Below the pieces are notes generated by a model, which was given only the letters and a program-made list of their open reading frames with translations, searched no databases and was not told the DNA's origin. A stretch of 56,251 bases of DNA from a bacterium (GTDB lineage: Bacteria; Ratteibacteria; UBA8468; B48-G9; JAFGKM01). Shown one piece after another: positions 48,117-56,251 of the stretch (position 1 is the stretch's first letter; every line of letters starts with the position of its first letter). The DNA lies in NCBI GenBank assembly GCA_035370465.1, contig DAOOVW010000002.1:12939-69189 (forward strand), read 5' to 3'. Position numbers and translations under genes: made by a program.

Positions 48117-48636
48117 ATATTATGTTCCTTATTATTCTTTTTTGATTTCCAACTATTTCTAACAACTTTTTATGAGAAAAACCATTTATCTTTATAATAA
48201 TTTCAAAAAAATTTTCACTTTTATTTATTTCTCCCAATTCTTTCAGTTTTTCTAAATCCAATTCATCTTTTTCAATTTTATAGACAGCCATTAAAGTTAT
48301 TACTCCTAAGGAGTGGTTTTCTAAAGGAATCCAGAAACAATCTTTAAATAAAACGCCTTCTACAAGAAATTGATTTATATTTTTTAAAAATTCATTTTCA
48401 TTTATTTTTTCATCAAAATAAATATCCATAATCTCATTCTCACCTTCAATATATACCGGTAGGGGAGGACCAAAACTTAATTTTGGATGTGGATTAAAAC
48501 CTTCTGTATATTTTAAAGGTAAATTGGTTCTTCTTAAACACCTCTCAATATGTCTTAATAAATTTTTACTTGATATATACTTTGAAATACCCATTTTTTC
48601 ATAAATAACTCTTAACCTATAAACATCCTTTGACAT
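48094..48636 (-). CDS. DUF2344 / TIGR03936-type radical-SAM-associated protein
   Basis: RLRVIYEKMG..KYISSKNLLRHIERCLRRTNLPLKYTEGFNPHPKLSFGPPLPVYIEGE.E..DI is the family pattern. It overlaps rng by 23 nt, a common gene pairing. Confidence 0.7.
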   Translation of the reverse strand: MSKDVYRLRVIYEKMGISKYISSKNLLRHIERCLRRTNLPLKYTEGFNPHPKLSFGPPLPVYIEGENEIMDIYFDEKINENEFLKNINQFLVEGVLFKDCFWIPLENHSLGVITLMAVYKIEKDELDLEKLKELGEINKSENFFEIIIKINGFSHKKLLEIVGNQKRIIRNIIYESNYNR

Positions 48637-50284
48637 AAATTTCCTCTATATTATGAAGAACACCACCATAAACACTTGGTTTTAAATTACCAAACTTATT
48701 TCTTACTGCATAAATTACAAGTGGATTTACAGTATGAATAAGGGGTAATTGCTGCTGAACGATTTCCTGCCATCTATCGTAAATGACTTTTCTTTTATTT
48801 TCATTAAGTTCTTTTGCTCCTTCATCAAATAAAACATCAATTTCTTTTTCCCACTCCTCAAGAATTTTTTTCTGTCCCATATTCCACAGATGAAGTTGTC
48901 CATAACTCATCCATACATTTTTAGAAAAATGTGGTTCTATTCCTCCTGTAAAACCAATTATTACACCTTCCCAATCATTTGTAACATTTAATTTTGTAAC
49001 AAGTGTATTAAACTCAACTGGCAGAAGATTAACATTCATACCCAATTTTTCAAGGTCATTAATTATAACATTTCCAATCTGGATTCTTTCAAAATTATCA
49101 CTATTAGTTAATATAGTAAATCTAATCTGGTTATTCTCATTATCAAAAAGTTTTGTCTGTTTGTAGTGGAAACCACCTTTTAGAAGATATTGTCTTGCCT
49201 TTGATAGGTTATATTCATAATCAGGTAAATTTTTATTATAATAAAATCCACATGTGGAAGTCATTGGTCCTACCTGTGGAACTGCAAGTCCATTGAAAAC
49301 ATTTTTTATAATGTTTTTTTTATCAATAGAATGTGCAATTGCTTTTCTGAAATATAAATTTTTAAACCATTTAATTTTGTAATTATCAATTGGTGAAAAA
49401 ACATTCTGATTAAAGGAGAGAAAATTTGAACTAAGTGAAGGTCCTATCTCATAAATTGTAAAATTTTCTTTATTTTGATATGGTTCTAAAACAGAAAAAT
49501 CCTGCCCTCTTATTGAAATTATATCAATATCTCCTGTCCTGAATTTGAGAATTGTCATATTAGGGTCAGGTATAATAAGAAAAATAATTTTGGGGATATA
49601 AGGTAATCTATTCCCTTTCTCATCTTTTTTCCAATATTTCTCATTTTTTTCAAGTATTACCCATTCTCCTGGTCTATACTCTTTCATTTTGTAAGGTCCT
49701 GTTCCAATAATATTATTTACTTTTTCATTAACTCCCCATGTACTTGTTATCGTCCCATTTAAAACATTTTTTTCAAGTATATGTTTTGGGAAAATTTCTT
49801 GTGTCATTAATTTTAAGAAAGGAGCAAACTTTTCTGGAAGTTGGAATTCAACAGTATAATCATCAACTTTCTTTACATTTATCTTTTTCCCATCAACTGT
49901 GAGAACATCTTTGCTACTTGTAGGAATACTTTCATTATAAATCAAGTCATTATATGTAAAAATAACATCATCTGCTGAAAATTTTTCTCCATCATTCCAG
50001 TAAACATCATCTCTTAAATAAAAAATCCATTTTTTCCCACTTTTATCTATTTGCCATTTATATGCTAAAGATGGTTTTACTTCCAATGTTACACCATCCA
50101 TTTCAACAAGCCCTTCAAATATAAAAGTTGTAATATTAGTTGTGCTTGTTTCTTTTGCAATAATAGGATTAAATGACTTTGGGTCAGAGGTAGTTGATAG
50201 AGTTATTTGATTTATATCTTTCTGAGTTTGATAAGTTGAACAACCTGAAAATAAAAGTAAAACAAAAATAAAAAATTTTTTCAT
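48617..50284 (-). CDS. ABC transporter substrate-binding lipoprotein, family 5 (peptide/nickel type)
   Basis: Lipoprotein signal FVLLLFSGC. About 555 aa with SBP_bac_5-like blocks (YKWQIDKSGKKWIFYLRDDVYWNDGEKFSADDVIFT; GTGPYKMKEY.PGEWVILEKNEKYW). Confidence 0.85.
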   Translation of the reverse strand: MKKFFIFVLLLFSGCSTYQTQKDINQITLSTTSDPKSFNPIIAKETSTTNITTFIFEGLVEMDGVTLEVKPSLAYKWQIDKSGKKWIFYLRDDVYWNDGEKFSADDVIFTYNDLIYNESIPTSSKDVLTVDGKKINVKKVDDYTVEFQLPEKFAPFLKLMTQEIFPKHILEKNVLNGTITSTWGVNEKVNNIIGTGPYKMKEYRPGEWVILEKNEKYWKKDEKGNRLPYIPKIIFLIIPDPNMTILKFRTGDIDIISIRGQDFSVLEPYQNKENFTIYEIGPSLSSNFLSFNQNVFSPIDNYKIKWFKNLYFRKAIAHSIDKKNIIKNVFNGLAVPQVGPMTSTCGFYYNKNLPDYEYNLSKARQYLLKGGFHYKQTKLFDNENNQIRFTILTNSDNFERIQIGNVIINDLEKLGMNVNLLPVEFNTLVTKLNVTNDWEGVIIGFTGGIEPHFSKNVWMSYGQLHLWNMGQKKILEEWEKEIDVLFDEGAKELNENKRKVIYDRWQEIVQQQLPLIHTVNPLVIYAVRNKFGNLKPSVYGGVLHNIEEIYVKGCL

Positions 50285-51147
50285 TTTATAAACTCTTCCA
50301 TATCTGCCAAAAGTTCATCCATAGATGAATACCTTAAATTCAAATCTGGATTTATTGCTTTCTCTATTATCTTTTTTAACTTATCTGGTATTGGCAAATC
50401 ATAAGAAATTATTGGTGTTTTCCCAGTGTTTTTTTTATTTGCCCTAATATTTATTCTTTTTAAATAATCTTCATCATTATATCCTTCAATTTGCAGTTTA
50501 CTTGTAATAACTTCATCAATTGTAACACCAAAACTATAAATATCTGATTGAAATGTCGCATTACCTTCTTCCTGTTCGGGAGCAACATAGGAGATAATTC
50601 CAAATTTTGTAACCGTTCCTCCTTTTGGAAAAATATCTTTTCTCCATAGTTTTCCTGGTAATTTTGCAATACCAAAATCAGTAATTTTAACAATCTCCAA
50701 ATTCTTTGACACCAGAATATTATCTGGTTTAATATCTTTATGAATAATATTATGTTGGTGAATATAACTTAATCCTTTACCTGCTTTATAACAAATTTTT
50801 ATTATTGTTTCGAATGGAAATTTTTCTCTTTCATATAATATTTCTTTTAGATTTTTCCCATCAACATATTCCATTATCATTGCATAATATCTATTAAATC
50901 TCCCGAAATTGAAAACTTTTACAATATTTGGATGGTCAAGTTGCATAGCAATTTCCGCTTCTCTTTCAAATTGACTTATTAGTTTTGATTTTTCAAAAAT
51001 TCCCGCTTTTAAGTTGAGTATTTTAATAGCAACAGGATTACCATAGGGAGGATGGGCAAGAAACGAATATGCTTTATATACCTTTGTGTATCTTCCTCCT
51101 CCAATTACTTCTCCTAAACAATATCCTCCAAAATTTTTATCTCGCAT
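50281..51147 (-). CDS. Hanks-type serine/threonine protein kinase (kinase domain only)
   Basis: VAIK, HKDIKPDNILV, DFGIAK and YVAPE. No transmembrane or sensor domain. The stop overlaps the SBP start by 4 nt. Confidence 0.9.
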   Translation of the reverse strand: MRDKNFGGYCLGEVIGGGRYTKVYKAYSFLAHPPYGNPVAIKILNLKAGIFEKSKLISQFEREAEIAMQLDHPNIVKVFNFGRFNRYYAMIMEYVDGKNLKEILYEREKFPFETIIKICYKAGKGLSYIHQHNIIHKDIKPDNILVSKNLEIVKITDFGIAKLPGKLWRKDIFPKGGTVTKFGIISYVAPEQEEGNATFQSDIYSFGVTIDEVITSKLQIEGYNDEDYLKRINIRANKKNTGKTPIISYDLPIPDKLKKIIEKAINPDLNLRYSSMDELLADMEEFIK

Positions 51148-51246
51148 TTTCTTCTTTTTCCTTTGTATTAAGTTTCCTGTTTAAATTTCAGAGCAAGTAG
51201 TGAAAAAAAACCTTCTCACTTTTCTTGTGCTTACTAATCTTTTTTA

Positions 51247-51387
51247 TAAAATCCTCCTTCATCCCCGTTGTGTCTATTGAAATACATTACGGCACCAACT
51301 CTGTGTGCTAAACTTTGCAACTTCAGTCGGTTTGCAAAGGGGGAAGTATGTCTCCTTCCTTTGAAAAAGGAAGGTTGGGATGGATTT
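51247..51387 (+). repeat. Modular repeat, copy D (single core unit)
   Basis: AAAATCCTCCTTCATCCCCGTTGTGTCTATTGAAATACATTACGGCACCAACTCTGTGTGCTAAACTTTGCAACTTCAGTCGGTTTGCAAAGGGGGAA..CTCCTTCC-TTTGAAAA-AGGAAGG..GGGATGGATTT. It lies between the kinase start and the phosphatase stop. Confidence 0.9.
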
Positions 51388-51442
51388 CTCTTTTTTACAC
51401 TTTCAATTCGCTACTTTTCGGTCAACACAGTTGACTGAGTAT

Positions 51443-52186
51443 TTATATCCCATTTAAATCAGGTAAGTCCAGAGAAACTAATTCAATATCATCAACATTT
51501 TTTATATCTTTTTCAAGGTCAACAATTGCTATTTTCCTTTCAACACCATATTCAGAAGATGTAAAAATTGTTAAACACCTTTTATCAAACATAACTTCTT
51601 TTGCCTTAGGGTCATGACTTCTTATTAAAACATTCTTTTTTAATTTGCCCATAACTTTTTCAAAATAATCCTTACCAAGTTTAGGTCTTCCTAAAAAACT
51701 ACCCAGCAATTCTCCTTTTTTTTCAACAAAATCTCCCCATAACATTATAAACCATTTTTTTCCTCCAACTTCAATATTCTCAATATCTAATAATTTTTCA
51801 ACATCTGGAATTGCTGCATGAACTCCAATTAAATTATTACCTGTAACACACCACGGTAATTTGAGAAATATCTCTTTATAATGATTAAATTCTTCTGGTG
51901 AAAGTGCCTCCCAGAAATTAGAAGGAGAGCACTCACAAATAGGATACACCTCATGATTTCCAGCAAGCAAAATTAAATTATCATATTTTTCTCTTTTTTC
52001 TAACAAATAATCAATATTTTCTTTTGACCTTTTTCCTCTATCAACATAATCACCAAGGAAAACAACATAATAGTTATTTTTATAGAGAAAATTTTTTAAA
52101 ATAACTTTTGATGCAATAATATCGCCATGAGTATCACCAACAAAAACACATTTTCCTTTGTCAGGTAAGGTAATTACTCTTTCCAT
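51443..52186 (-). CDS. PPP-family metallophosphoesterase (Ser/Thr protein phosphatase-like)
   Basis: GDTHGD, GDYVDRG and GNHE motifs in the canonical order. Confidence 0.8.
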   Translation of the reverse strand: MERVITLPDKGKCVFVGDTHGDIIASKVILKNFLYKNNYYVVFLGDYVDRGKRSKENIDYLLEKREKYDNLILLAGNHEVYPICECSPSNFWEALSPEEFNHYKEIFLKLPWCVTGNNLIGVHAAIPDVEKLLDIENIEVGGKKWFIMLWGDFVEKKGELLGSFLGRPKLGKDYFEKVMGKLKKNVLIRSHDPKAKEVMFDKRCLTIFTSSEYGVERKIAIVDLEKDIKNVDDIELVSLDLPDLNGI

Positions 52187-52193
52187 TTGAATA

Positions 52194-52490
52194 TTATTGG
52201 CTGGCAGGAGGGATTTTATTCTCTGTTTTTTCTACCTGTTGCTTTAATATACTTTTATTTGTTAATTTGCCCGGAGTAACAGCAAGAATTAAGGAAGAGA
52301 CAATAAAAATTATTGCTAAAATAGTTGTAATTCTATTTAAAATAGTAGGCGTCTCTGCCCCAAAAACAGTTTCCATTCCTCCACCACCAAAAATATTAGC
52401 CATAGAAGAACCTTTGCCACTTTGTATCAAAACAAAAAACATTAAAAGAAGACAGACAATAATATGAAAAACTAAAAGAAAAGTGTACAT
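52194..52490 (-). CDS. secG: Preprotein translocase subunit SecG
   Basis: 98 aa with two TM segments. LLMFFVLIQSGKGSSMANIFGGGG is the typical SecG motif. It sits in the classical position downstream of tpiA. Confidence 0.8.
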   Translation of the reverse strand: MYTFLLVFHIIVCLLLMFFVLIQSGKGSSMANIFGGGGMETVFGAETPTILNRITTILAIIFIVSSLILAVTPGKLTNKSILKQQVEKTENKIPPASQ

Positions 52491-52574
52491 TTTTTCTCCC
52501 TTTTAATCAACTCAAATTTTTTTATAATTATTTCTCTTTCCCCCTTCCCTTCCTCTCCCTTAAAGAAAAATTTC

Positions 52575-53324
52575 TTATACTTTATAATTAATAATTCTTA
52601 AAAATTTATCAATATCTAAACTTGCTCCACCAACCAAAACACCGTCAATATCTTTTTCCTTCATTAAATCATCTATATTATCAGGACTTACACTCCCTCC
52701 ATAAATAACTCTTATTAAATCTGCAATTTCCTGATTATAATTTTCTCCAATCCATTTTCTTATAAAAGTATGAACTTCTTCTGCTTGTTGTGGAGTTGCA
52801 TTTTTCCCAGTTCCAATTGCCCAGACAGGTTCATATGCGATTGTCAGTTGTTCAATATATTCAAAATCAGATAGACATTTTTCCAGTTGTTTTTTAATAA
52901 TATCAAATGTTTTATTGCTTTCTCTTTCTTCTAATTTTTCACCAATACACAGAATTGGTTTTAGTTTATATTGAATAACTTTTTTAACTTTTTTATTTAT
53001 AATTTCATCTATTTCACCAAAAATATTTCTCCTTTCTGAATGTCCACAAATAACATACTCAACACCTATATCTTTCAGCATCAAAGGAGAAATTTCTCCT
53101 GTAAAAGCACCTTTCTCTTCATAAAAAACATTCTGAGCCCCTAAAAGTAATGAGGAATTTCTAATAATATCAGAAATGGGATATAGAGATGTAAAAGGAG
53201 GACAAATAAGAATTTCTCTATCATTATAATTTCCAATATTCTTAATTAAATTCGTCACAAATTCAATTGATTCAGAAGGTGTTTTATTCATTTTCCAATT
53301 TCCTGCTATTAATGTTTTTCTCAT
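52575..53324 (-). CDS. tpiA: Triosephosphate isomerase
   Basis: IAGNWKMN, ICGHSERR, AYEPVWAIGTG and YGGSV. Confidence 0.96.
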   Translation of the reverse strand: MRKTLIAGNWKMNKTPSESIEFVTNLIKNIGNYNDREILICPPFTSLYPISDIIRNSSLLLGAQNVFYEEKGAFTGEISPLMLKDIGVEYVICGHSERRNIFGEIDEIINKKVKKVIQYKLKPILCIGEKLEERESNKTFDIIKKQLEKCLSDFEYIEQLTIAYEPVWAIGTGKNATPQQAEEVHTFIRKWIGENYNQEIADLIRVIYGGSVSPDNIDDLMKEKDIDGVLVGGASLDIDKFLRIINYKV

Positions 53325-53334
53325 TTAAAAACTC

Positions 53335-54516
53335 CTATTTTTTTAATACATCAATTCCAGGGAGAGTACCTTTTTCTAAAAATTCAAGAGAAGCACCACC
53401 ACCGGTAGAAATATGAGAAATCTTATCTGCAACACCTGCCTTATTAACAGCAGCAATTGAATCCCCTCCTCCTATAACAGAAAATGCATTTGAATTTGCC
53501 ACTGCTTTTGCTATTTCAATTGTCCCTTTTGCAAATTTATCAATTTCAAATATTCCCATAGGTCCATTCCAGAAAATTGTTTTTGCCCTATTGACACAAT
53601 CAGTATATTCTTCAATTGCCTGTGGTCCTATATCAACTCCAATCCATCCCTGAGGAATAGTTCCTCTTTCGGTAATTAACACTTCTGCATCAGGAGAAAT
53701 TTTATTTACAATAATATGGTCAAGTGGAGTATGAAACTCCAAGTGCCTTTTATTTACTTCTTTTATAATTTCTTTTGCAAGAGGTATTGCTTCTTCATCA
53801 ACTTTTGAACTACCTATTTCCCAGTGTTTTGCCTTTATAAATGTATAAGCCATAACTCCACCTGTAATTAGAGTGTCAACTTTATCAATCAAATTTTTTA
53901 TCATTCCTATTTTATCAACAACTTTTGCTCCCCCAATAATTAAAAGAAAGGGCTTTTCGGGATTTGATAAAAGTTTTGATAAGGCATCAACCTCCTTTTT
54001 AATTAGAAAACCAGCAGCAGTGTCTTTACAATACTTTGTTATCTGATAAATTGAAGCATGCTCTCTATGACAGGCAGCGAAAGCATCATTAACATATGCA
54101 TCAGCAAGTGAAGCAAGTTGTTTTGCAAATTCATCATTTCCTTCTTCTTCTTCTTTGTGAAATCTTAAATTTTCTAAAAGTAATACATCTCCTTTTTTTA
54201 AATTTTCAACTACTTTTTTTACTTCATCACCAACACAATCAGGAACAAATTTAACTTCTTTATTTAGTAATTCACTTAATCTTTCTGCAACAGGCCTTAA
54301 ACTCATTTCAGGAACAACTTTTCCTTTTGGTCTGCCCAAATGAGAAGATATAATTAAAATAGCACCCTGTGAAAGAAGATAATTTATTGTAGGTAATGAG
54401 GCAGTTATTCTTGTATCATCAGTTATCCTGCCATTTTCAATAGGTACATTAAAATCAACTCTCAAAAAAACTTTTTTACCGCTATAATTTTGTTCTTCTA
54501 TCGTCTTAATTTCCAT
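53335..54516 (-). CDS. pgk: Phosphoglycerate kinase
   Basis: RVDFNVP, SHLGRPKG, FWNGPMGIFE and STGGGASLEFLEG-like end. Confidence 0.97.
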   Translation of the reverse strand: MEIKTIEEQNYSGKKVFLRVDFNVPIENGRITDDTRITASLPTINYLLSQGAILIISSHLGRPKGKVVPEMSLRPVAERLSELLNKEVKFVPDCVGDEVKKVVENLKKGDVLLLENLRFHKEEEEGNDEFAKQLASLADAYVNDAFAACHREHASIYQITKYCKDTAAGFLIKKEVDALSKLLSNPEKPFLLIIGGAKVVDKIGMIKNLIDKVDTLITGGVMAYTFIKAKHWEIGSSKVDEEAIPLAKEIIKEVNKRHLEFHTPLDHIIVNKISPDAEVLITERGTIPQGWIGVDIGPQAIEEYTDCVNRAKTIFWNGPMGIFEIDKFAKGTIEIAKAVANSNAFSVIGGGDSIAAVNKAGVADKISHISTGGGASLEFLEKGTLPGIDVLKK

Positions 54517-54543
54517 TTTACCTCCTTCTTACTGTAAAGGTTC

Positions 54544-55057
54544 TGCCAAAATTGGTTAATTAAATTCACTCCCCACTTTCTCACAAAGACAAATGAAATG
54601 TGAAAAGTGAAAATCCATCCCCTCGGGCATAGCCCTACGGGCGAGCCCACCTTCCTTTATAAAAGGAAGGAGTATCTTCCCCCTTTCACAAACCGACTAA
54701 AGTTGCTTACCTTGTTTCTCAGAGTTGGTGCGTTATCGTTTCCCAGATAGCACAACGGGACTTAGGGGGATTTATAATTAAAATCCATCCCGGCCTTCCC
54801 TTAGTAAGGGAAGGAGTATTTCCCTCATTACTTCCCCCTTTAGTAAACCGACTAAAGTTGCAAAGTTTAGCACACAGAGTTGGTGCCGTAATGTATTTCA
54901 ATAGGCACAACGGGGATTGAGGGGAATTTGAAGAGGGATTGTTCTACACAGGCAGTTTAAAATATAGCATACGAACCATCCCTACGCCGAAGCGATAAGT
55001 TATGCTTACGGGATTTTTATTTTTCATCTTTCTTTCATCTAAGTTTTTGACACTACC
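54544..55057 (-). repeat. Composite modular repeat, copy E (R arm + 2 core units + 40-nt hairpin module + L arm) in the gap-pgk spacer
   Basis: The R-arm end TGCCAAAATT is at 54544. Cores span 54611-54773 and 54781-54929. The hairpin module spans 54977-55016, inverted relative to its copy at 44278-44317. The L arm ...TTTTTGACACTACC ends at 55057. Confidence 0.9.
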
Positions 55058-55166
55058 ACTGTAAACATTCATTTCTCTACCTGTATAGAAAAATTTTTAT
55101 ATCCCCTTCTTTCTTATCCTAAATCTCCGTTCCTCCCCTGTTATAAATAGGGAATCTTTGCTCTCT

Positions 55167-56198
<1,032 letters not shown>

Positions 56199-56217
56199 TT
56201 ATTTTTATATTTTGTTT

Positions 56218-56246
56218 ATTTTAACACTAAATTTTTTAATTGTAAA
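56218..56246 (-). promoter_or_regulatory. Candidate sigma-70 promoter of gap (extended -10)
   Basis: On the minus strand: TTTACA (56246-56241), a 17-nt spacer, then TGT-TAAAAT (-10 at 56223-56218). It lies about 38 nt upstream of the gap ATG, which is preceded by AAAGGAGG. Confidence 0.4.
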
Positions 56247-56251
56247 TACAA

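Noticed and set aside
54544-54552. TGGCA at the end of the R arm as a sigma-54 -24 element
   Set aside because: None of the three copies has the required GC (TTGC) about 10 nt downstream, and the sequence after TGGCA differs between loci.
54719-54910. ORF 54719..54910 (-), 63 aa
   Set aside because: It lies inside repeat copy E and has the same repeat-derived peptide as at 24.6 and 44.4 kb.
24538-55057. Possibility that the recurring GTTGTGCC...GCACCAAC units are CRISPR repeats
   Set aside because: The units are 140-205 bp. They are scattered singly or as dimers at five distant loci, show no regular repeat-spacer periodicity, and have no cas genes nearby.

Overview
AT-rich bacterial chromosomal window (about 30% GC by eye), probably from an uncultivated lineage. 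I saw no rRNA, tRNA or CRISPR array. About 45 ORFs look real; most other ORFs on the track are antisense or repeat-derived artefacts. Layout: (1) 0-10.6 kb is housekeeping and miscellaneous: a UDP-sugar pyrophosphorylase fragment, a divergent ThyA, an MM3350-like zinc-finger protein, ligA, xerC/D, a small membrane protein, a pair of SIS/UPF0309-like genes, and leuS. (2) 10.7-30.2 kb is an AraC-associated carbohydrate/aminosugar/inositol-type locus. It holds two diverged copies of a DegT aminotransferase + GHL6-like hydrolase + M55 peptidase cassette, separated by an IS110-family insertion sequence. MarC, a ceramidase-like protein, galK and a LarA-like protein follow. (3) 30.6-42.2 kb (minus strand) is a tightly coupled operon: SDR, GHMP sugar kinase, a 2,214-aa multidomain protein, a second ATP-grasp protein, and gnd. 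The giant protein joins a UDP-sugar-dehydrogenase-like core to a RimK/GshB-like ATP-grasp C-terminus. This is my best candidate for an undescribed system. (4) 42.2-45.9 kb holds three secreted LolA-like paralogs, one frameshifted at an A8 tract, bracketed by a perfect 30-bp direct repeat. (5) 45.9-56.2 kb holds iolB, rng, a DUF2344 protein, an orphan peptide-type SBP, a Hanks kinase, a PPP phosphatase, and secG-tpiA-pgk-gap. Five intergenic loci carry a modular, hairpin-rich, MITE-like repeat family (seven core units plus shared outer arms). One copy fills the gap-pgk spacer. Three copies end 27-29 nt before a start codon. All functional calls rest on motif recognition by eye; no searches were run.
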